A stretch of DNA of 35,600 bases, taken from NCBI GenBank assembly GCA_024275665.1, contig JAJRYS010000012.1, positions 1 to 35,600 of the forward strand, given 5' to 3'. The DNA comes from an archaeon. Its GTDB lineage: Archaea > B1Sed10-29 > JAJRYS01. A program made the position numbers and the translations under genes. Shown here piece by piece: positions 24,209 to 31,588 of the stretch (positions are counted from its first letter, which is position 1; every line of letters begins with the position of its first letter). Below the pieces are notes generated by a model, which was not told where the DNA came from, did no database searches, and saw only the letters and a list, made by a program, of their open reading frames with translations.

Positions 24209-26320
24209 CTACTTTTCTTCAAGTACTGCTTTTTTCACGATCATGCGTGCAGTGTACTCGTTTTCCTTGACTATTTCGTAGTCAGTGATGCGTATTCGCT
24301 TGTCGAAGAAGGGAGCGTCGAGCACGAGTGTTTCGAATTCTCCTCCCTCGCCAGCCACGTTAAAACCGTATTCCTTGCTTAGCTTTACGAGCTTGTCAAC
24401 GTCTTCCAGTGTTATCTTCCTGCCAAGCCATGACGCGTACAGTCCCTGTGCTGCTATGCTTGAAAACCATACTTCGTAGTTCTTTACAACGTAACGTATT
24501 TCTTTTTCCTGGTCAGCGTGCCACAACGGAGCGAATACTTTCAACCCGAGCTCGTCGCATACTCTTTCAATCCTGTTCCTCTGATAATTAGAGTACAAAG
24601 CACCGCTCACCACTCCCTCTACTCCGTGTTTTTCAATTGCTGTTCGCAGTGCTTTTTTCAAGTCTTCGAGCTCTTCTTCCTTCACTCCTTTAGTCTCCTG
24701 CAAGACCAAGGGCAGGTTCATTGCCCTTGCTTGGAGTTCTACTAAGTGAATGTTGGGAGTGTGGAACATGAAAGACTCAGGGTTCTCGCTTTTCAAAGTA
24801 ACAAGACACGCTATCTTGTAATTCTGTTTCTTCATTACTTCCAAGGCGTAGTACCCGTCCTTGCCTCCGCTTACGAGTGCTGCGAGGCGCACGTTTCCCT
24901 CGTCGTAGTACTGTCTCAAGTATTCTGACTTGGTCATTCCTTTTGCTTTGGCGAGTTTCTCGATTGCCTTGTCAACCCCGCTTCCGTACTGCGCTGCTTT
25001 CTTCTCCCTAAAAGCCAATTCTTCAAGCACTCCCATTCTCACCGCGTTTTTCCTAAGTACGTACTTGTTCTCGTCTCCTCTTATCTTCAAATCAGTGGGA
25101 ATGCGCAGCGCGTAGTCAACGAGTTTCAAGTCGAGGAAAGGCACGCGTAGTTCTATGTTGTTGTTCATTGTCACAACGTCATCGCGGTAGTTATTCACTT
25201 CGTAGATCCTGCGGATGCTTGACAAGCACTCTTTTTCCAAGTAATGAGAACGCTTGTGCCTCTCGTAACCAGCGAACAACTCGTCAGCCCCAGAGCCTGT
25301 GAAAGCAACGCGTACTCCGTCTTTCTTCATCTCCTCAGCAGCAGCGTACAGAGTTACTGCTACTCCTACTTTTACTGGATTATTGTCTTCTATCAAAGGA
25401 GTGGCTGTCTTCACAAGTCTCTCAACTTCACCAATGTCAAGCGTTACCACTTTCAGCTTTAATCCCATTGCATTGGCAGCGTTCTCAGCTTCTTTCACGT
25501 CTATTGATCCTGGAAAGCCTGCAACGTAACAAGTGAAGTCAACTCCTTCGTCTTGCAGTGCTTTCGCAACCACGAGTGAGTCTACTCCTGCTGAGAAAAA
25601 CAAACCAACCTTTATTCCTTTGTCAGGCACGCGTATTCTCACGCTTTCCCTTATCAGTTCCCCGAGTCTTTGAATGACTTCTTCTTCACTGCCTCTTACT
25701 AACGGCTGTGTTTCGAAAAACTTTCTTTGCTTTTTCTCTTCTTCAAGAGTCTCAGCATCCAGGATTAGTATTACCCTGGGATTAAGTTCTTCAACCCTTT
25801 CAAAGCTTTTCCTAAGTGCTTTTTTCTCAGAAGCAAAACCAAAACCGTTCCCTTTCTTTGCAATCCACAAGGGCTTGACTCCAAGCAAATCCCTGCACAA
25901 GACCACTTTCCCATCAAGCCACCAGGCGAACGCGTACACTCCTCTTACTTCTTCCAGTGTTTTTTCAAGTCCGTGTTTTTCAAGCATTCTCAAAAGCAGT
26001 ACGGCGTCGTTCTCAGCTTCAAGTCCGTATCGTTGGTTTAATTCTTTCCAGTTGTACAACTCGCAGTTAGCAACCAAGACGCTGTGTTCTCCTTTCAACG
26101 GCTGCGTAGTAAACCCCACTATGGAGTGCAGGTTGTGAGCCATCACGTTTTCTGAGCTTAGTTCTTGTTTTTCAAGGAGTTCAAGAGAACGAGCAACCAC
26201 TACCCTATCGCTGTCAGTGACTCCGAACGCGTCCAATCCCCTGTTCTTCATTACTTTGAGCCCGTTGACTGCTTTTCTGAACGCGTCTTCTAATCCGAAG
26301 AAGCCGATGATTCCGCACAT
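24209..26320 (-). CDS. Fusion of glutamine-hydrolysing asparagine synthetase-like protein and diphthine--ammonia ligase (Dph6)
   Basis: MCGIIG, RDLLGVKPL, SAGVDS, GSGADELFAGY, ELRVPFLD, KKAAQYGSG; then SGGKDG, SFMFH, APLW, GEGGEFET. Confidence 0.9.
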   Translation of the reverse strand: MCGIIGFFGLEDAFRKAVNGLKVMKNRGLDAFGVTDSDRVVVARSLELLEKQELSSENVMAHNLHSIVGFTTQPLKGEHSVLVANCELYNWKELNQRYGLEAENDAVLLLRMLEKHGLEKTLEEVRGVYAFAWWLDGKVVLCRDLLGVKPLWIAKKGNGFGFASEKKALRKSFERVEELNPRVILILDAETLEEEKKQRKFFETQPLVRGSEEEVIQRLGELIRESVRIRVPDKGIKVGLFFSAGVDSLVVAKALQDEGVDFTCYVAGFPGSIDVKEAENAANAMGLKLKVVTLDIGEVERLVKTATPLIEDNNPVKVGVAVTLYAAAEEMKKDGVRVAFTGSGADELFAGYERHKRSHYLEKECLSSIRRIYEVNNYRDDVVTMNNNIELRVPFLDLKLVDYALRIPTDLKIRGDENKYVLRKNAVRMGVLEELAFREKKAAQYGSGVDKAIEKLAKAKGMTKSEYLRQYYDEGNVRLAALVSGGKDGYYALEVMKKQNYKIACLVTLKSENPESFMFHTPNIHLVELQARAMNLPLVLQETKGVKEEELEDLKKALRTAIEKHGVEGVVSGALYSNYQRNRIERVCDELGLKVFAPLWHADQEKEIRYVVKNYEVWFSSIAAQGLYASWLGRKITLEDVDKLVKLSKEYGFNVAGEGGEFETLVLDAPFFDKRIRITDYEIVKENEYTARMIVKKAVLEEK

Positions 26321-26321
26321 T

Positions 26322-26537
26322 TCACTTCTTTCCTTTCCTGCTCATGTCCATGAGTACTTTTATAACGAGAACTATGAACAAAGCGTAGACAGGATACCAG
26401 AAGGCTTCTGACTGCGCATAAACAGCTCCTATGAACTCTCCTATTATCAATACTATGAGAGTATAAGATATGAAGAAGATGGTAACGTCTTCTATTTTGT
26501 TGAATACTTCTGTGATGGCTTTCCCAACAGCGCTCAT
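26322..26537 (-). CDS. Small two-TM membrane protein
   Basis: 71 aa, two hydrophobic stretches, abuts the next gene. Confidence 0.7.
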   Translation of the reverse strand: MSAVGKAITEVFNKIEDVTIFFISYTLIVLIIGEFIGAVYAQSEAFWYPVYALFIVLVIKVLMDMSRKGKK

Positions 26538-26572
26538 GTTTTTCTTTTTGTAAAAACGGGTTTAAAAAGGGT

Positions 26573-26905
26573 TTACATGAGCTTCATTTGCAGTTCCGCG
26601 AGTTTTTCCCTGAGCTCCTGGTTCTCTCTTCTCAATCTTTCAAGCTCTTCTTCTAACGGATTCTTCTGAGGCTGTTTTGGAGCTTCTTCTATCACCTTTG
26701 TAGGAGGATTGAGTTTTATTGGCTGTGCTTTCCAAATAGACCCATGTCCAAGCCCTGCGTTTGGATCTGGTCCTACTGGGTCTCCTCTTGGCTCAACTTT
26801 TAAGAAAATGTCATCGCGGTTCACGTTGCGCTGTGGGTTTCTTTGACGTGCCATCATCTCAGCTTGTGCTTCGTACTTCTTAATAATATCAGCTATCAAA
26901 GCCAT
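26573..26905 (-). CDS. Hypothetical protein with C-terminal coiled coil
   Basis: Pro-rich middle; LEEELERLRRENQELREKLAEL heptads. Confidence 0.7.
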   Translation of the reverse strand: MALIADIIKKYEAQAEMMARQRNPQRNVNRDDIFLKVEPRGDPVGPDPNAGLGHGSIWKAQPIKLNPPTKVIEEAPKQPQKNPLEEELERLRRENQELREKLAELQMKLM

Positions 26906-27012
26906 TGCGCACCGACCTTTTTTCCAGAACTATTTAAAAGAAAAAGCAACAACCCTTTAAAAAAGTTTCCTTCGCAATCCAAACCAAAAGAATTCAAAAC
27001 ACTTCGCAGAGG

Positions 27013-27693
27013 TTAGGATTTCTTAGCTTTTTTGAACACTCCGGTAAGAGTCCCTGCTTCTGCTCCTGCTATCAAACTCCTATTCACCACGTTGGCAAAC
27101 ATCCTCTTCACAGAATCCTTATCACGCAAGCCATCCAAAGAGTCAACGAACTCATTAAAAGACTTTAACAAAGCTTTTTTCTGCGCAGAATCAGCTTTCC
27201 TAATGCTTGACTGCTTTGCAGAGAACAACTCATACAACACTACTGCTACTGCGTGAGACAAGTTCAAAGCAGAATACTGCTTGCTGGTTGGAATCGTAAG
27301 CACCACGTCGCACTTCGCAAGTTCTTCATTAGTCAAGCCAGTACTCTCCCTTCCGAATACCAACGCAATCCTCCCGTCAACGTTCTTAACCTCTTCTGAG
27401 AACTCACGCACAGAATAACACTGCCTTACCACGTCATAACCAGCAGAAGTCTTAGCAGTAGTTCCGATGACGAAGTCAAAGCCTTCAAGCGCTTTTTCAA
27501 AACCACTGACAATGCGTGCTTCTTCCACGATGCCGTAAGCACGAGAAGCAAGCTTCCTGCACTCATCGCTTTTCAAATCACAAGCAGGATTCACTACCAC
27601 CAGTTCTTTCAAACCAAAATTAGTCATTACACGCGCAACGCTTCCAACGTTCCCAGCATTCTCAGGCTCCACGAGCACCACTGCTGCGTTCAT
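27013..27693 (-). CDS. trmJ: TrmJ-family SPOUT tRNA methyltransferase
   Basis: VLVEPENAGNVGSVARVMTNFG, VFGRESTGLTNEEL, LNLSHAVAVVLYEL. Confidence 0.92.
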   Translation of the reverse strand: MNAAVVLVEPENAGNVGSVARVMTNFGLKELVVVNPACDLKSDECRKLASRAYGIVEEARIVSGFEKALEGFDFVIGTTAKTSAGYDVVRQCYSVREFSEEVKNVDGRIALVFGRESTGLTNEELAKCDVVLTIPTSKQYSALNLSHAVAVVLYELFSAKQSSIRKADSAQKKALLKSFNEFVDSLDGLRDKDSVKRMFANVVNRSLIAGAEAGTLTGVFKKAKKS

Positions 27694-27694
27694 A

Positions 27695-28357
27695 TCAACC
27701 AAGCATCCTTACGTATTCGCTGATTTCTTCTTTCGTGATTGAGCATCCTGCGAACTTTGCAGCGTACAACGCTGCTTCCAAGCAAGTTTTTCCCATGCAC
27801 TCGTCAAGCCATCCTTTCTCATACGCGAACGCGATTACCTCTGTTGACCTGAGCACGTTAATGTCAGACAGTTCTATTTTAATTTCCCTCAGCACATCTT
27901 TATCCATACTTACCTTGTACCCGGTTCTGTTCTGCATGTAGTCCCTTACTTTGACAGGGTCTTCTATCAAGTGCCTCGTCGTCCTCTCATCCACGAACAA
28001 CGCGTCTGCTTTCAACAGCTTGTAAGCAGCCATTGCTTCTGCTTCTCCGCGTTGCACTATCTTAACCCTCTTCCCCTTGTACTCCATCAACGAGTTAGTA
28101 AGATTTATCAATTCGTCTGCTTTTCTCTGCACTTCACCGTCATCAACTATTCTTAGCACTCCTTCGTCTATCAAGTGTTTTAACAACAACGCTTTGTACT
28201 TGAATAACTTCGTGTGAAAGGGGTGTTCTACTATCTCAGCAACCACTCCTCTCGTGATGAAGAGTTTGTGTTCTTCAGCAAGCTTTTCCACTACTTTGTT
28301 CAAGCAGTTGTCCCCAAGTGATATCAGCGAGCTTGAATCCCATACCAGCAAGCTCAT
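27695..28357 (-). CDS. PIN-domain protein (DUF3368-like)
   Basis: WDSSSLI, VVAEI, GEAEAMA, VDERTTR. Confidence 0.8.
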   Translation of the reverse strand: MSLLVWDSSSLISLGDNCLNKVVEKLAEEHKLFITRGVVAEIVEHPFHTKLFKYKALLLKHLIDEGVLRIVDDGEVQRKADELINLTNSLMEYKGKRVKIVQRGEAEAMAAYKLLKADALFVDERTTRHLIEDPVKVRDYMQNRTGYKVSMDKDVLREIKIELSDINVLRSTEVIAFAYEKGWLDECMGKTCLEAALYAAKFAGCSITKEEISEYVRMLG

Positions 28358-28914
28358 TCCAACACCTTCCTAGTCATGAACCATCTTTCCCTAACGCTTT
28401 TAGTCTGAGTAAAGGGCCTTTCATGAATCTTAGTAGTGCCAACGTAGTCTATTAGTTCTGCTTTGCTTACTCCTGCTATTTCGCACGCGCGTGACAATGA
28501 CAAGCCCAAAGCATACATTCTTGAAGCCTGCTTTACTCTCGCGTGATGCACGACGTCAACTGCATAGTTGCCTGCTTGTTCGTCAAATTCTCTTATTCTT
28601 TCAAGCACTTGTGACAATGTTTCCTGCATGCTTTCCAAAGTGCTTTCTTTCTGGATTTCTTTCTTCAAGTAATAAGCCATGCTTTTCTTGAAAGAATCCC
28701 ATCCTGGAAGTTCTCTGAAGTGCTGTTTCCTAAGAAGCTTTGAAAAAGCATAAGCAATCAAAGCAAGCTCGAACAATGCTTTGTTGTCAGTGAAAGCAGA
28801 TTCTTCCACGAGCTTGTTGCTCATCACCCTCAGGGAGAAGGAATCATCTTCTTCAATGAGTTTGACTACTTCTGCCAAGTACTTGTCAATGCTTTCCTCA
28901 GTCACTATCTTCAT
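28354..28914 (-). CDS. Hypothetical protein with C-terminal UPF0175-like HTH
   Basis: MYALGLSLSRACEIAGVSKAEL; overlaps the PIN gene start. Confidence 0.7.
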   Translation of the reverse strand: MKIVTEESIDKYLAEVVKLIEEDDSFSLRVMSNKLVEESAFTDNKALFELALIAYAFSKLLRKQHFRELPGWDSFKKSMAYYLKKEIQKESTLESMQETLSQVLERIREFDEQAGNYAVDVVHHARVKQASRMYALGLSLSRACEIAGVSKAELIDYVGTTKIHERPFTQTKSVRERWFMTRKVLE

Positions 28915-29940
28915 TCAAAACCACTTGTCAATCCTTTGCTGCGTTTCTCTTTCCTCGTACGAAGTGATTAAAGCATCTACTACTTTTAAAACCCTGTCTT
29001 TTGAAAAATCATGCTCTTCCACCAGCACTTTCATTATCCTTACTTCGTCTGGTTTCTTCCACTCCAACGAGTAATCTTTGGTTATTCTTGGCTTTAGAAA
29101 GATTTTCCTCACTTCTCTTATTACTTCCTCGCATTCCATTCCTTTCTCCTTGCACGCGTCTTCGTATGACTTTCCTTGCTTCACTAGTTCTAGGGCTTTC
29201 TTCGGTCCTATTCCTTTAATGCCTTGGTTGAAGTCAGTGCCTATCATTAAGCCAATCTCTATTAACTGTTCGCGCGTAATACCAAGCCCTGCGAGTGTTT
29301 CTTCGAGTTCTATGAGTTCAGGCTTTATGACTACGTAAATGTTCTTGTTAGGAAGTTTCCTCTTGCCAGTAATGGCAAGGTTGCGGACGAGACGAGGAGC
29401 TCCGAACAGCAACGAGTCGTAGTCCTGGGAACCAGCAGCCCACACTTCTTTCTCCGCAGCCATGAAAGCAGCTTGTGCTTCTCCTTCTCCAGGAGCCTGT
29501 ACTACTGGCACGCCCATTGCTTCCAGCAATTCCTTAGAATCCTTGATCATGTCATCAGATAATCTGGAGGTTGCTTGCGCGTATTTCCTCAACTCCTTAA
29601 CACGCCCAGCCCTCTTGGCTTCTTCCAGTTTTTGTTTCGCTTTCTCTTTTGCTTCTTCTCTTTTCTCAATTGTGCTCTTCTTAAGCAAGGAGTGCTCGCC
29701 GTCGAAGATGAACACTGGTTTCACGCCGTTCTGAAGCAGGTTAGCAGTCCTGTAAAACAAGCCTGACAAGTGAGAAGTAATCCTGCCCTGCGAGTCCATT
29801 AAAGGCGTGCCATCATACTGCCTTATGATGCTCAGGAACTGGTACAACGAGTTGAAAGCATCAATGGCTATTTCACGCGTGTTCAAATCGCTCAAGCTGA
29901 TTTCCTTCTTCTCAACAAGGTCTCCTAACTGCACTCCCAT
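28915..29940 (-). CDS. fen: Flap endonuclease 1
   Basis: MGVQL, IDAFNSLYQFLSIIRQ, EGEAQAA, SQDYDSLLFG, GTDFN.GIKGIGPK, PIP box QQRIDKWF. Confidence 0.97.
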   Translation of the reverse strand: MGVQLGDLVEKKEISLSDLNTREIAIDAFNSLYQFLSIIRQYDGTPLMDSQGRITSHLSGLFYRTANLLQNGVKPVFIFDGEHSLLKKSTIEKREEAKEKAKQKLEEAKRAGRVKELRKYAQATSRLSDDMIKDSKELLEAMGVPVVQAPGEGEAQAAFMAAEKEVWAAGSQDYDSLLFGAPRLVRNLAITGKRKLPNKNIYVVIKPELIELEETLAGLGITREQLIEIGLMIGTDFNQGIKGIGPKKALELVKQGKSYEDACKEKGMECEEVIREVRKIFLKPRITKDYSLEWKKPDEVRIMKVLVEEHDFSKDRVLKVVDALITSYEERETQQRIDKWF

Positions 29941-30011
29941 GAAAACTAACTACTAAGAACAAGAATTTAAAACCTGTTGCTTTGAACCTTTCCATGTTAA
30001 AAAACAGTGAA

Positions 30012-30273
30012 CGCGGAGGGCGAGATTTTCTCGCTGTCCAGCTGGCTTTTCCGCTGTTAAGCTGAACTAGTGCATGCGGCTTGAGCCGCGTGCGCTTAAG
30101 TGCCGGCTGGTTGCAGCCGTTCGAACTCGCGAGCCCCGAAGGGCACTGGCTTAGCAGGCTCGCCTCGCTCCGCCGCTCTTGGAAAAGCAGCGTGGGCGAA
30201 CCAGCGCAATACCATTGCACCTGCAAAGGTGCAAACCAAAGGGTTTGCCGTTTGCGGTCTATGCGACCTCCGC
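30012..30273 (-). tRNA. tRNA-Ser(GCT) with three introns: 15/16 (30215-30258, 44 nt), 30/31 (30159-30200, 42 nt), 59/60 (30026-30119, 94 nt)
   Basis: Spliced 82 nt: GCGGAGG/CCTCCGC-G73, CTGG^C-CTGCTAA-GCCAG, variable arm GCCC-TTCG-GGGC, GCGAG-TTCGAA^T-CTCGC; BHB helices GCAU/GUGC, CGCU/GGCG, UUCG/AGAA (one mismatch). Confidence 0.88.
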
Positions 30274-30382
30274 GCTTTTAGTATTGTAGTGTGCATGGTT
30301 TTAACCATGCGCGCTTTAGCGCCAGTCCGATAATGTCGGCTGTGCGGCCTCCGCGCTTTTAGTATTGTAGTGTGCATGGTTT
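30259..30382. repeat. Direct repeat of tRNA-Ser exon 1 plus upstream flank (30259-30301 and 30340-30382)
   Basis: 43 bp with 2 mismatches, 35 bp exact (30267-30301 = 30348-30382), offset 81. Confidence 0.92.
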
Positions 30383-30418
30383 AGTGTTGTATTTTTGTTC
30401 TTCTTTTCTTAAAAACTT

Positions 30419-31102
30419 TTACTCAATCATTATTCCTGCTGCTTCGTCAAGGGTTCCTACGCAGGTGATGTTTATTCCTTGCTCGTCTTGCACGAGCGGG
30501 CATTGTGCTTTTGGAATGAGGATTTTTTTCAAGCCGTATTCTTTTGCTGTTTTTACTTTGACTTCTAGTCCTGCTATTTCACCGATCCTGCCAGTGTCGT
30601 CAATGGTGCCTGTGATTGCCGTGTCTTGCCTGATTGTTTTGTTCTCTGCCAGGGCTATAAGAGCCACTGCTATTCCTGCTCCTCCTGAAGTTCCTTCAAT
30701 GTAATGTGCTTCTGCGCTTACTGTTATGAACAAGTCTTCGTTCCCAAGCGTTTCTCCTAAGTAATTTTCAACAGCAGTAATCACTATTTGCATTGAGTCT
30801 TGTAACTGCATGCCGTAAGAATGCAGTGTGGTTTCGAAGAACACCCTTCCCCTACCGGGTTTTTCACTCACTCTTATCCTCACAAGCTCGCCTGTTTCAT
30901 TATCTTCATGAATTCCTACTCCTATGACTGTAACTGAATGCTGTTCGTTGCAGTTAGTATTTTCTCTGGTTATTACTATCTCTTGCGTTGTCATTGATTG
31001 AGTGCTTTTTAAAGGGTTGTAGTTTATTATCATTCCTATTCCGAAGAATACTTCAAAGAGGATTATTATAATGAGTATTGCTATGAGTTTCTTTGCTTTC
31101 AT
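30419..31102 (-). CDS. Membrane-anchored stand-alone Lon protease (S16) catalytic domain
   Basis: N-terminal TM, PGRGRV, IEGTSGG (Ser), AITGTI..TGRIGEIAGLEVK (Lys), ILIP. Confidence 0.88.
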   Translation of the reverse strand: MKAKKLIAILIIIILFEVFFGIGMIINYNPLKSTQSMTTQEIVITRENTNCNEQHSVTVIGVGIHEDNETGELVRIRVSEKPGRGRVFFETTLHSYGMQLQDSMQIVITAVENYLGETLGNEDLFITVSAEAHYIEGTSGGAGIAVALIALAENKTIRQDTAITGTIDDTGRIGEIAGLEVKVKTAKEYGLKKILIPKAQCPLVQDEQGINITCVGTLDEAAGIMIE

Positions 31103-31196
31103 AGGATGAACTCTCCTTGTCTTTATTTGTAACAGGTTTGCTTGGATACCATTCTCTATTATTTTTCATGCTTCCTGTTTTTTGTCATGGCTTGGG

Positions 31197-31445
31197 TCAT
31201 CTTTTTATTACAGCATTGTAAATCAGGGCTATTATTGCTCCTCCTATGGCTCCATCTATGAAACCCCATACTGCCCCTATGATTGAGCCTATGAATGTGG
31301 GGGAGTATCCTATGTACACTGATGCCAGTATTTCTACTACCTTTGTCCCCAATCCAAACAGAGCCATGAGGCCGAGGAGAAACACGTATGCTCCCCATGA
31401 TACCCCTAATCCGATAGCCAATGCTTTCACACTTAGTTTTTCCAT
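31197..31445 (-). CDS. Small Gly-rich membrane protein (resembles a family often annotated as holin-like)
   Basis: MEKLSVKALAIGLGVSWG...YIGYSPTFIGSIIGAVWGFIDGAIGGAIIALIYN; start reset to ATG 31445. Confidence 0.7.
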   Translation of the reverse strand: MEKLSVKALAIGLGVSWGAYVFLLGLMALFGLGTKVVEILASVYIGYSPTFIGSIIGAVWGFIDGAIGGAIIALIYNAVIKR

Positions 31446-31588
31446 GTCTACAATTACATTCGAGCTGTTTATAAATTTTCGTGTTAGGAAATAGTTTGAA
31501 AAACAATTTATTGTAACCAACGTTGCGTTTTTATATTCTTTTTGCTTTATCATAGGATGAAGGCGTGGTCTTTCCAAAGGTGGCGCAT

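Noticed and set aside
29912-30377. Several 66-104 aa ORFs, including one with a repeated MHTTILKARR
   Set aside because: Explained by the intron-containing tRNA-Ser and the 81-bp-offset repeat
30267-30382. 35-bp direct repeat with 46-bp spacer as a mini CRISPR array or att site
   Set aside because: Only two copies, the repeat includes the tRNA 5' end, no cas or integrase genes, and att sites usually duplicate the 3' part of a tRNA
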